Of a DNA stretch of 64,000 nt, positions 20,435 to 29,526 are shown in pieces (positions within the stretch are counted from its first letter, which is position 1; the number at the start of each line of letters is the position of its first letter). Source of the stretch: an uncultured delta proteobacterium (GTDB lineage: Bacteria > Desulfobacterota > Binatia > Binatales > Binataceae). The translations under genes were made by a program, and so were the position numbers. The DNA lies in the NCBI GenBank assembly GCA_963808235.1, contig CAWEEQ010000002.1:96001-160000 (forward strand). The letters are read 5' to 3'. The notes beneath the pieces were generated by a model. It was not told the origin of the DNA, searched no databases, and was given only the letters and a program-made list of their open reading frames with translations.

Positions 20435-21289
20435 CTAGGCGCGAGCGGCGAAACAAATCGTCTCGTTGTCGAGGCGGACGATACCGTCGGATCCCGCGTA
20501 CGCGCGAGCCGCGGCGACCATCGCCTCACGGATTTGGCGGCGCATCTCGAGCGGACGCGTCGCGAACGCCGCGCGCGTCCCGCCGATTGCGCTTCGGAAG
20601 TCGGCGAACTCATCGGGCGACGCAAATTGGAAAGTCACGGTCAGCCGCTCGATGCTGACGTCGCGAAAGCCGGCCGCGACCAGCGCTCGATCGAGGATTG
20701 AAGGGTCCGCGAGCTTCAGCGGATCGGGCGCGTTCGGCGCCGGTGTGATTCCGGTGATTTTCCGAATCGCATCGCGCGCCATCCCGCACATCGGAACTTT
20801 GTCCGCCGACGACCACACCGCGGTAGCGATCCGCCCTTCCTGCGTAAGCGCGCGATGCAACCTCCGCAGCAGAGCGTCGATGTCGGGCATAAACATGAGG
20901 CCCCATCGGCACAGCACTGCGTCGAATGAGTGGTGGTCCAGCGCCAACGACTCGGCATCTGATTCGACCAGCGCAACGTTCTTGAGACCGGCAGAATCGA
21001 TTCGCTCGCGAGCAAGAGCGAGCATCCCCGGCGACATGTCAACCGCGACGACGCGCCCCGATTCTCCGACGGCGCGAGCCGCCGTGAGCGCGGGCTCTCC
21101 GCTGCCTGTCGCGATATCGAGCACGCGCTGACCGGCGCGCGCACCGGCAAGTTCGACCAACCGGTCGTTTACCACCTGCGCGGCGCGCTCGAACGTGGGC
21201 CACCAGCGTTTCCAACCTTCCGCGCTATCGTCCCAGGCGAGTTTCTGTTCGTGTTTCGCCTTTAGTTCGTCTGGATTTTGATTGCTCAT
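20435..21289 (-). CDS. Class I SAM-dependent methyltransferase (UbiE-like)
   Basis: VLDIATGSGE, VDMSPGML, FDAVLCRWGLMF. Confidence 0.9.
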   Translation of the reverse strand: MSNQNPDELKAKHEQKLAWDDSAEGWKRWWPTFERAAQVVNDRLVELAGARAGQRVLDIATGSGEPALTAARAVGESGRVVAVDMSPGMLALARERIDSAGLKNVALVESDAESLALDHHSFDAVLCRWGLMFMPDIDALLRRLHRALTQEGRIATAVWSSADKVPMCGMARDAIRKITGITPAPNAPDPLKLADPSILDRALVAAGFRDVSIERLTVTFQFASPDEFADFRSAIGGTRAAFATRPLEMRRQIREAMVAAARAYAGSDGIVRLDNETICFAARA

Positions 21290-21308
21290 TCTATTTCACC
21301 TGGAAATC

Positions 21309-22817
21309 TCATTTTCGCAGCACGGTTACGCCACGCAGACGCGCGAGCACTTGCGGATATTCCTTTCTATAGGACTCGGCTGTGTCCGCGTCCTCATCGT
21401 CCATGATCAACACTGCGGTATTTGCCGTCGCCGCGTCGTACCGAACTGTGCGATCGAGTTGAGCGGCGGGCAGATAGTATCGAATCACGTTGATCGCATA
21501 CGGCGGAATCGCGGTGATTGTCTCACCCGGTTTGAGTGCCGCTTCGGCTATCGGGATTGCTTCGCGATACTGCGCGTCATGCGGCTTGCGATCGTACGAA
21601 ACAATGTGGCCGGCCGAGAATCCGATTGCGAGCACGAGGGCTCCGGCGCGAACAAGACCGGGAGGCATCTCAAAAATCCCCAACGCGACGAGGATGAAAA
21701 ACGCGACGAAGGACGCGAGCGCGTAACGTTCAACCAGGATAGGCCTCAGCGCGTACGACACCAGTAGCATCATGAGCGGCGCGGCCCACATCCAGATGAG
21801 CGCGAAGCCGATTGCATCGCGCGAACCGCGGCGGCGCCATCCGCCCACAACGCCCCAAATTGCAAGCGCGGCCAGAACCGGAAAGCCGAAACTCCCGGTT
21901 GCCTTGTTGAATAGCGTCAACGGCGCGTACAACGCGGGCAGCGCGGTCCCGCAGCAGCCGCAAAAGCCGCAGTGTGCGTGACCCGTGCCAGCCGGGGTCG
22001 CGCCGGCGATCGAGTGGAACGCTGAGAACAGGTTTGGCGCGAAAACACATCCGCTGGCGGCAAGCGCAATCGCAACTGCGAGTCCGCGCCCGACTACCGG
22101 GTCTGCTCGCCGAAATCGCGCACGGGCGACAATGTAGACGAGCCACACGACTTCGCTCGCGGGTACCAGCGCCGCGGCAAAGTGCGTGCCTATGGCGAAC
22201 ACGGTGAGAACCGCGACGGCGACGTAGTTCGCGACTCCGCCGCGGGCAAGAGCGCGCAGGAACATTCCCACCTGCGCCAGGATCGCGGCCAGCATCACCG
22301 GATACATCCGCGCTTCGCGTGAATATTTTATCGAGACGAGATTCACCGCGAACACTAGCGCGGCGAGCGCCGCAATCATTCTGACGTCGTCCTTCGACAT
22401 CGTTCCATCGGGCTCGGACGCAAATAACTCGCGGCTGACAAAATATACCAGCAGGATCGATAGCACGCCGAAAAGTGCCGACATCGCGCGCATCGCGGCC
22501 AGGCTCGATCCAAAAAGCGCGATCCATCCGTGCAGCATCAGGTCGTGGATTGGGAGCTTGCCCGCGTCGAGACGCCCCTGCCGGACGATCACCTCGCTTA
22601 TCGTCGGCGCGGTGGAGGTTGCCCACAAATCTCCTTCATCGGGAGACATCTCGAGTGCGCCGAGATTGGCGAAGCGTAGAAAAGAGCCGGCCGCGAGTGC
22701 GATGAGAAGCAGGACGAGACTCAGCGTACGAGCCGACCTGATCGGGCGAACGATTGCGCGCTGATTCGGGTGATCGAGCGAGGGTTCGCGCTCGTTGGCT
22801 TTGGATGCGCCCGTCAG
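21309..22817 (-). CDS. Glycosyltransferase family 39/83-like (PMT/ArnT, GT-C) membrane protein, probable CTG start
   Basis: The frame stays open upstream of ATG 22649, through a TM helix and LRFANLGALEMSPDE, to a CTG overlapping the HU stop; also SREARMY and ERY motifs. Confidence 0.8.
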   Translation of the reverse strand: MTGASKANEREPSLDHPNQRAIVRPIRSARTLSLVLLLIALAAGSFLRFANLGALEMSPDEGDLWATSTAPTISEVIVRQGRLDAGKLPIHDLMLHGWIALFGSSLAAMRAMSALFGVLSILLVYFVSRELFASEPDGTMSKDDVRMIAALAALVFAVNLVSIKYSREARMYPVMLAAILAQVGMFLRALARGGVANYVAVAVLTVFAIGTHFAAALVPASEVVWLVYIVARARFRRADPVVGRGLAVAIALAASGCVFAPNLFSAFHSIAGATPAGTGHAHCGFCGCCGTALPALYAPLTLFNKATGSFGFPVLAALAIWGVVGGWRRRGSRDAIGFALIWMWAAPLMMLLVSYALRPILVERYALASFVAFFILVALGIFEMPPGLVRAGALVLAIGFSAGHIVSYDRKPHDAQYREAIPIAEAALKPGETITAIPPYAINVIRYYLPAAQLDRTVRYDAATANTAVLIMDDEDADTAESYRKEYPQVLARLRGVTVLRK

Positions 22818-23083
22818 AGACCTTTCCTTAACTGTGGCGCAGGACGAAAGCCGACCGTACGCGCCGCCGGGATGGTCATCGGCGCGTTCGTGCGGGGATT
22901 GAAACCGGCGCGCGCGCGACGCCGGCGCACGGAAAAGGTGCCGAAGCCGGGCACCCAGAAGCGCTTGTCCTTGCGAATCGAGCGCGCGATTTGTTCGAAG
23001 GCGAGATCCAGTGTGGTCGCGACCAGCTTTTTGGGCTGGCGCGTGGACCGCGCGATCGCCTCGATCAGTTCCGCCTTGGTCAT
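22814..23083 (-). CDS. hup: HU/IHF family DNA-binding protein
   Basis: MTKAELI, GFGTF, RAGFNPRT, IPA, FRP; GGAGG upstream. Confidence 0.92.
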   Translation of the reverse strand: MTKAELIEAIARSTRQPKKLVATTLDLAFEQIARSIRKDKRFWVPGFGTFSVRRRRARAGFNPRTNAPMTIPAARTVGFRPAPQLRKGL

Positions 23084-23179
23084 CGCCGGGATCCTCCCCG
23101 AGAATTTCTGCAACTCGAATTTTCTATAGCCAAATTTCTATAGTAGATGAAGCACGCCCGGCCAAAACCCCGCGAAACG

Positions 23180-24529
23180 CTACGCGAGCGCCGCGGCCGG
23201 CACGGCGGGCGCAACCGGTTCAATTCGATTGCTTGCGATCCAGTCGTCGATTGCGGCGAGTGCGCGCGTCCCCTTCGCGATCTTCCGCTCCCGTCCGCGC
23301 GTCCGGACTTTCAGATCCGGCAGCAGGCCATAGTTTGCGTTCATCGGCTGAAAATCGCGCCGCGCCGGATCGGTGATGTAGGCAACGAGCGATCCGAGCG
23401 CCGTCTCGGGCGGCGGGATGACCAATTCCCGACCCTCAACGATATTCGCCACGTTGATTCCCGCCAGCAATCCCGCCGCCGCCGATTCGACGTAGCCTTC
23501 CACGCCGACCATTTGGCCCGCGACAAAGAGATCGTCGCGCACCTTGAGTTGGAGAGTCGGGCGCAGCAGGCGCGGTGAATCGATGAAGGTGTTGCGATGC
23601 AACGATCCGAGTCGCACGAACTCGGCCTTCGCCATCCCGGGAATCATCCGCAGCACCCGGCGCTGCGCCGAGTAGGTCATCTTGGTCTGGAAGCCGACCA
23701 TGTTGTAGAGGCGTCCCGCCGCGTCGTCCTGCCGAAGCTGCACGACCGCGAACGGTCGCCGGCCGCTGACTGGCTCTGAGAGCCCGACCGGACGCATCGG
23801 GCCGAATGCGAGCGTCATCGGTCCCCGCCGCGCCATCTCCTCGATCGGCATGCATCCCTCGAAATAGACCGGCTTCTCGAATGGATGCAGTTCGACTTTT
23901 TCCGCTGCGAGCAATTCGGCAACGAACGACTCGTACTCAGCCGCGGTCATCGGGCAGTTGATATAGTCGTCGCCGCCCTTGCCGTAACGCGAAGCTTTGA
24001 ACGCGATGCTCATGTCGATCGATTCGGCCGCCACGATCGGCGCGATCGCGTCGTAGAAATACAGGTTGCGCGGACCGATCAGGCGGTTAAGCGCCTCGCC
24101 GAGTGCGGGACTCGTGAGCGGACCGGTCGCGAGGATCGTCAGCCCCGTGGGAATCTCGGGCGCCTCGGCGCGGCAAATCTCGACCATCGGGTGTTGTTCC
24201 AGGGTCTCGGTTATCGTGCGCGAGAAGTCGTTACGATCGACCGCAAGGGCGGAACCGGCGGGCACTCGCGCGCGATCGGCGGCCGCGATCACGATCGAGC
24301 CGAGCCGGCGCATCTCTTCCTTCAGCACGCCGACTGCCGTTTCCATCGAATCGTTGCGCAGCGAGTTCGAGCAGACCAGCTCGGCGAAACCGTCCGTGCG
24401 ATGCGCTTCGGTCATCATTACCGGGCGCATCTCGACCAAGCGGACTCGGATACCCCGGCGGGCGAGCTGATACGCCGCCTCGCTGCCGGCGAGGCCGGCG
24501 CCAACCACGGTTACCTGGAATTCAGCCAT
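23180..24529 (-). CDS. trmFO: Folate/FAD-dependent tRNA (U54) methyltransferase
   Basis: VGAGLAGSEAA, AELVCSNS, FEGCMPIE, VGFQT, HRNTF, GVEGYVES, FQPMNANYG. Confidence 0.97.
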   Translation of the reverse strand: MAEFQVTVVGAGLAGSEAAYQLARRGIRVRLVEMRPVMMTEAHRTDGFAELVCSNSLRNDSMETAVGVLKEEMRRLGSIVIAAADRARVPAGSALAVDRNDFSRTITETLEQHPMVEICRAEAPEIPTGLTILATGPLTSPALGEALNRLIGPRNLYFYDAIAPIVAAESIDMSIAFKASRYGKGGDDYINCPMTAAEYESFVAELLAAEKVELHPFEKPVYFEGCMPIEEMARRGPMTLAFGPMRPVGLSEPVSGRRPFAVVQLRQDDAAGRLYNMVGFQTKMTYSAQRRVLRMIPGMAKAEFVRLGSLHRNTFIDSPRLLRPTLQLKVRDDLFVAGQMVGVEGYVESAAAGLLAGINVANIVEGRELVIPPPETALGSLVAYITDPARRDFQPMNANYGLLPDLKVRTRGRERKIAKGTRALAAIDDWIASNRIEPVAPAVPAAALA

Positions 24530-24639
24530 TGAGGTTTGCCGCGCGAGGAACCACGTAGATACGGCGAAACAGTGATCGTGGCGTTTTTCCCCGGTCGTGT
24601 AAACCGCTCGGTCTGAGCTAAGAATTGCTTTGCTCCGGA

Positions 24640-24666
24640 TGTCGATCCCGCGCGTGGTCGTTCGAC
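24640..24666 (+). promoter_or_regulatory. ECF42-type promoter TGTCGA-N17-CGAC
   Basis: Matches the described ECF42 consensus (-35 TGTCGA, -10 CGA/TC); 42 nt upstream of the first DGPF gene. Confidence 0.75.
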
Positions 24667-24708
24667 TAACAGTGAGAGTCCCAAGTTCGGGCCAACAAGG
24701 AGAATGCC

Positions 24709-25062
24709 ATGGAGTACATGCTTTTGATTTATAACAGCGAGGCCGACGGCAAGAAGCTTTCCGAGGCGACGCATCAGGAAATCTTTCAGGAGTACATGAC
24801 CTTCACCCAGGACCTCACCAAGGCCGGGAAGAACAAGGGCGGGGCGCCGCTCGAGCAAACAGCTACCGCCACCACGGTTCGCGTGCGCAACGGCAAGACG
24901 GTGGTGACCGACGGCCCCTTCGCGGAGACCAAGGAACAGCTCGGCGGATACTACCTGGTCGAGGCGAAGGATCTCGACGAAGCGATCTCGATCGCGGCTC
25001 GGATTCCAGGCGCGAAGTTCGGTTCGATCGAAGTGCGCCCGGTGATGAAGATCAACATGTAG
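24709..25062 (+). CDS. YciI/DGPF family protein
   Basis: TDGPFAETKEQLGGYY, IEVRPV; AAGGAG RBS. Confidence 0.92.
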   Translation: MEYMLLIYNSEADGKKLSEATHQEIFQEYMTFTQDLTKAGKNKGGAPLEQTATATTVRVRNGKTVVTDGPFAETKEQLGGYYLVEAKDLDEAISIAARIPGAKFGSIEVRPVMKINM

Positions 25063-25117
25063 CCTGGCCGCGCCGCTTTCATTGAGGTGACGCGAAAGAT
25101 CGGACAGGAGAACGACG

Positions 25118-25906
25118 ATGAAGTACATGATCACGGGCGCGGAACTGCGCGGAGAATCGGACAGCCTCGACGCGGAAGAGATCAACCGGCGAGTCAGGCA
25201 CCATCAGCAAAAACTCGAGGAGCTTCGCCGCGCGCGCGTGCACAGCGGAAAGCCCGGCCTTATATGTGCTTCGGTGGGACTCGGCCGCGATCGCGAGACC
25301 ATCACCGTAAAGAACCGCGGCGGCAAACATTTGCGGATCGACGGCCCGTTTCCGGAGACCAAAGAGCTGGTGGGCGGCTTCGACATCATTGATTTCGACT
25401 CGTACCCGGAAGCGATCGAATTCGCGAAATACGAGAACGCGCATCAGAGTCTCGTGATCGAGCTCCGGCCGATTCGCGAGTTCTGGTGGATTTCGCAGAC
25501 CTTTGGACAGGCAGCCTCGAAGATTTTCATGCTCAGCTCGGTCGAGGATGAGCGCGCCACGCTGAGTTTGCCTGACGAAGTGCGCACGCAAATCATGCGG
25601 CAGCATCAGGGCGTCGGCGCCGAATACGTGCAAGCTCGCGCGATGCTCGATCAAGAGCCCGGACTGTGGGTCGGCGCGCGCCTGCAGGTTTCCACCGAGG
25701 CGAAAACTATCCGATCGGCTAACGGTAGCCGCCGGGTGACGGACGGACCGTTCGCTGAGACCAGGGAAGTCACCGGCGGTTTCAACCTGATCGCATGCGC
25801 GTCGATGGACGAGGCGATCAAATGGGCGGAAAAGTTGGCCGCCCGCGACGGTGATGCAATCGAAGTCAGGCCGGTCGAAGGATGCTGGTGGATTTATCAC
25901 GAATGA
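25118..25906 (+). CDS. Tandem two-domain YciI/DGPF protein
   Basis: Two motifs: DGPFPETKELVGGF and DGPFAETREVTGGF. Confidence 0.88.
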   Translation: MKYMITGAELRGESDSLDAEEINRRVRHHQQKLEELRRARVHSGKPGLICASVGLGRDRETITVKNRGGKHLRIDGPFPETKELVGGFDIIDFDSYPEAIEFAKYENAHQSLVIELRPIREFWWISQTFGQAASKIFMLSSVEDERATLSLPDEVRTQIMRQHQGVGAEYVQARAMLDQEPGLWVGARLQVSTEAKTIRSANGSRRVTDGPFAETREVTGGFNLIACASMDEAIKWAEKLAARDGDAIEVRPVEGCWWIYHE

Positions 25907-25983
25907 GGCGATGACAGGTCGGCGCGGCCTCGCAGTAGCGACTATCGGGCCCGCGGAATAAGTTTGCCATCGAGCAGTCTTTA

Positions 25984-27243
25984 ATGGACTTGTCGATGGA
26001 CAATACGGCGGCCGGGATCGAGCGTTTCTACCGCGAGGACTTCGGCCGAATCCTCGCCACGCTTATCCGCGTGCTCGGCGACTTCACACTTGCCGAGGAC
26101 TCCGCCCAGGATGCGTTTGAAGCCGCGCTCGAGCAATGGCGCCGCGACGGTCTTCCGCAAAATCCTCGCGCATGGATCATCGGAGTCGCGCGTAACAAGG
26201 CGATCGATCGCATCCGCCGCCGGGCCCGCTTCGACGATCGTCGCGAAGAGTTGATCCGCATGGCCGAGAGCGATGATACCGACACAGATTGCGACCCGGC
26301 GGGCGAACTGCGCGATGAGCGCCTGAGACTCATCTTCACCTGCTGTCATCCCGCGCTCGCCGACGACGCTCGCATCGCGCTCTCGCTCAGGACGCTGTGC
26401 GGGCTCAAGACCGAGGAGATCGCGCGCGCGTTTCTGACCGCGCCTTCCACCATGGCGCAGCGGCTGGTCCGCGCCCAGCGCAAGATCCGCGCGGCGAGGA
26501 TTCCGTACGAGGTGCCGTCGGCCGGGTTGCTCGCCGAGCGCCTCGAGGCCGTGATGGCAGTAATTTACCTGGTCTTCTCCGAAGGATACGGCGCGACTTC
26601 CGGCGAGCGTTTGATTCGAACCGACCTCTGCGCCGAGGCGATCCGGCTCGGCCGCGTGCTGGTCGAACTGATGCCGGCCGAAGCGGAACCGCGTGGACTG
26701 CTCGCAATGATGCTGCTGCATGATTCGCGGCGCGAGACCCGAATCGACGAGCAAGGTGAGATGGTGTTGCTCGAGGAACAGAATCGGGCGCGATGGGATC
26801 GTGCGCAGATTGCCGATGGTCTCCAACTTTCGGAGTCCGCGCTTCGCACCGATTCGCCGGGCCCGTATGCGCTCCAGGCGGCAATCGCGGCGATTCATTC
26901 GCGAGCCGCACGGACCGACGACACCGACTGGCGCGCGATCGCTGAGCTTTATGGACGCCTCCATGCGATGCAGCCCTCGCCGGTGATCGAACTGAATCGA
27001 GCAGTCGCAGTCGCGATGGCCGACGGTCCTGAAGTGGGGCTGAAGCTTATAGATGCGATCGAGACCAGCGGCGATTTGCGCGACTACTACCTGATGTGGT
27101 CGGCGCGCGCGGATCTGCTGCGCCGGCTGGAGCGATGGAGCGAGGCGGCCGAGTCGTACAACGCAGCGCTCGCGCGCGTAGGCAGCGCGCCCGAGCGGCG
27201 GTTCCTCAGAAGACGCCTCGCGGAGGTGACGCGCCGGATTTGA
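25984..27243 (+). CDS. ECF sigma factor with C-terminal TPR-like extension (ECF42)
   Basis: AEDSAQDAF, LRLIFTCCHPAL, LRTLCGL, MAQRLVRA, GPYALQAAIAA, LNRAVA; DGPF neighbours. Confidence 0.92.
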   Translation: MDLSMDNTAAGIERFYREDFGRILATLIRVLGDFTLAEDSAQDAFEAALEQWRRDGLPQNPRAWIIGVARNKAIDRIRRRARFDDRREELIRMAESDDTDTDCDPAGELRDERLRLIFTCCHPALADDARIALSLRTLCGLKTEEIARAFLTAPSTMAQRLVRAQRKIRAARIPYEVPSAGLLAERLEAVMAVIYLVFSEGYGATSGERLIRTDLCAEAIRLGRVLVELMPAEAEPRGLLAMMLLHDSRRETRIDEQGEMVLLEEQNRARWDRAQIADGLQLSESALRTDSPGPYALQAAIAAIHSRAARTDDTDWRAIAELYGRLHAMQPSPVIELNRAVAVAMADGPEVGLKLIDAIETSGDLRDYYLMWSARADLLRRLERWSEAAESYNAALARVGSAPERRFLRRRLAEVTRRI

Positions 27244-27262
27244 GGCGCTACGTTCCGTGATC

Positions 27263-27814
27263 TCAGCGCGAGCCGCGTAGCGAGGCGACGGTCTCGCAAG
27301 AGGCCTGATGCCGGATCGCATCCAGGTCAACCACCTGCTTTTCGTCATTGATGAGGATGCGGAACAGAAAGAGACCCTTGTTCGTCGGCGCGAAGAGGAT
27401 GACCCGCACAGGCGCGTTGTCGAGAGAAGGAAGCTCCGTGCCCGGCCGCAGCGCGATGATCTCGATCGAGTTGCCGGCTATCTGCTGGTCGTTACGGACG
27501 AAGAAATTGTTGGTCGCGGCGTCGAAGGCGGAGACCGACCAATAGGTCGAATGCGGTACGCGTGCCGTGACTTTCAACGGTCCCTTCGACAGATCGAACG
27601 GGCAAGCCGAATAGAAAAAATCGGGGCTCGGTCTGACCACACCGCGCGATGTCTCGTCCGGCCGCGTGCCGAAATACATGGCGTTCGGCTGGCCCATCCG
27701 CGCCTCCGCCCGCGCCGCGATGAGACGCGGTAGCGCATAGATTGTGCCCATATGCACGAAAGCGGCCACGGCCAGGGCCGCGGCGAGCCACAGCATCCAT
27801 TCGCGGCGGCTCAT
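27263..27814 (-). CDS. DUF1254-like membrane-anchored protein
   Basis: N-terminal TM, PSPDFFYSACPFDLSKGP, YWSVS, NNFF; ATGA coupling to the DUF1214 gene. Confidence 0.75.
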   Translation of the reverse strand: MSRREWMLWLAAALAVAAFVHMGTIYALPRLIAARAEARMGQPNAMYFGTRPDETSRGVVRPSPDFFYSACPFDLSKGPLKVTARVPHSTYWSVSAFDAATNNFFVRNDQQIAGNSIEIIALRPGTELPSLDNAPVRVILFAPTNKGLFLFRILINDEKQVVDLDAIRHQASCETVASLRGSR

Positions 27815-28377
27815 GAGCAGGATACCTTCTTCAAGGCCGGCAATACGCAATGCGCCGGATCGAGAACAATGCTCGAGCCGGGGTTGTAGAGGCGCAGTGT
27901 GAGTGAGAATCGCCCCGGCCCAACGGGAATCCAGTTGTTGCCGTCTGCGACTCCGCCGACCTGCACGGCAAATCCGGCGCTCGCGTCCCGCGCGATCGCC
28001 GTTTTCGAAACAGAATAGCGGTGAGTCGGATTAGGGATGAGATAATCGTCCGGCCCATAGGCCGTCACACTCCACCAGCGCGCGTCGGGCTCGCGGCCTG
28101 TGATCTCATATCGGCAATCCCCGTCAAGCGCGTGCCCGTCGCTGTCGGCGGTCGCCGTGTAGTAGATGGCTTCGCTCCGATCGAGCGCGAAGAGACCGTG
28201 TATGGCAACGAAAGCGCGCTTGTAAGGATCGCTTTGCGCACTCCCGGCGGTGAGATTGCTTTTCCACGGTCCATTGCTCACTCCCGGAGTGCTGCGAAAC
28301 ACCGTCAGCCAGGTGGCCAGGACGCCAACCACGGTCCCGAAGATCAGCACCGCGAGAATTTTCCACGCAATCCGCAT
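27811..28377 (-). CDS. DUF1214-like membrane-anchored protein
   Basis: EAIYYTA-x2-DSDG-x2-LDG-x-C-x-Y, ARWWSVTAY, NWIP, LTLRLYNP. Confidence 0.8.
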   Translation of the reverse strand: MRIAWKILAVLIFGTVVGVLATWLTVFRSTPGVSNGPWKSNLTAGSAQSDPYKRAFVAIHGLFALDRSEAIYYTATADSDGHALDGDCRYEITGREPDARWWSVTAYGPDDYLIPNPTHRYSVSKTAIARDASAGFAVQVGGVADGNNWIPVGPGRFSLTLRLYNPGSSIVLDPAHCVLPALKKVSCS

Positions 28378-28464
28378 GACAAAGACCTGTCCCTGTCTAT
28401 ATCCAATCTAGCGCAGAACACCGCGCTCGCGCGTAGTGACGGGGCGCGCGAATGAAGCGTGATT

Positions 28465-29526
28465 CTAGCGGCTGCCCGGCGAAGCGGAGGGAGATGCTTT
28501 CGGAGTCGCTGCGTTGCTGTCAGTCAAATGGTCCGAAGAGTTGGCAGCTACCACCGCTGACCAGTACGGACTCTTGGCGAGTTGCGCGCGGAAGTCGCGA
28601 TCGAATGCGTCTTTGCCGCCGACCTTGAGCGGCCACGCGTTGTCGAGAAACTTCGATGCGTCGCCGGCATGGCCTGAATAGATCAAATCGAGCATGGTGC
28701 CCCACAGGATCGGAGACACGTCCGCTGCGGGCCACGAATCGCCCTTCGATTTGTTTTTGTAGCCGCGGACCTGCGCAATCCGCGCGTCGAGGTCGGTCAC
28801 CGGGGGAAGTGGCGCGTGCATCAGGTCGGGCGACACCTGGTAGTTGCCGTCGTGTTCGCTGAATCGCAGTATAACTTTCGGCGCCGGCGAATCTGCGAAA
28901 TCGCTGTGCCAGTTGGCGAATGTCCAGTCTGAAATCTGAATCAGCAGGCCGCCGGATTTTCGGTCCTTGTCGGCGTGGATAAAATGCGGTCCGGCGTCGC
29001 CGTACCTCGCGTCGATCGATCCGATCTTTCTGAAGGTCGAGCCGATTTCGAAAATGTGGATCGTCAGACAGCAATTGGCGCCGCCCGACCATTCCGAAAC
29101 GACCACGTCAGGCTGGCCGGAGCCGGTGATGTCCATGCCCATTTTGACCAGCGCAGCGTCGGGATCATTGTCGTACATGGTGCCGATAAAAAATTTCTCG
29201 CTCTTGCGTGCGGCCTTCTGGATAAAAACAGACTTACCGTCTTTGAGAATCTCGTAGTACGAATCGGTGCCGTCTTTCGCTGCTTGATCGAAATAGACTC
29301 GGACTACGTAGGGCAGGGAAGTCTCTTCACGATGGGGCAAGACGGTCGAATTAAGGTCTTCGGCAACGCATCGCGGCGGCGAACCGATCGCGCCAATCAG
29401 GCTGACCATCAGAAAAGAGATCAACGCGCGGGCGATTTGATTGACGGCCCGATTAGGAGACGACACGGCGTCTTGGATGGACGGCTCGCGCCTCGCCTGG
29501 GCGCTTGGCAGCGGACGCAGATCCAT
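28465..29526 (-). CDS. Hypothetical exported protein (WSGGANCC motif)
   Basis: Hydrophobic segment followed by a soluble domain with DITGSGQPDVVVSEWSGGANCC. The longest start overlaps topA, so the true start may be later. Confidence 0.65.
   Translation of the reverse strand: MDLRPLPSAQARREPSIQDAVSSPNRAVNQIARALISFLMVSLIGAIGSPPRCVAEDLNSTVLPHREETSLPYVVRVYFDQAAKDGTDSYYEILKDGKSVFIQKAARKSEKFFIGTMYDNDPDAALVKMGMDITGSGQPDVVVSEWSGGANCCLTIHIFEIGSTFRKIGSIDARYGDAGPHFIHADKDRKSGGLLIQISDWTFANWHSDFADSPAPKVILRFSEHDGNYQVSPDLMHAPLPPVTDLDARIAQVRGYKNKSKGDSWPAADVSPILWGTMLDLIYSGHAGDASKFLDNAWPLKVGGKDAFDRDFRAQLAKSPYWSAVVAANSSDHLTDSNAATPKASPSASPGSR

Noticed and set aside
29453-29526. 74-nt topA/hypothetical overlap as a programmed frameshift
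   Set aside because: No slippery sequence seen; a later start codon for the downstream gene is the simpler explanation.
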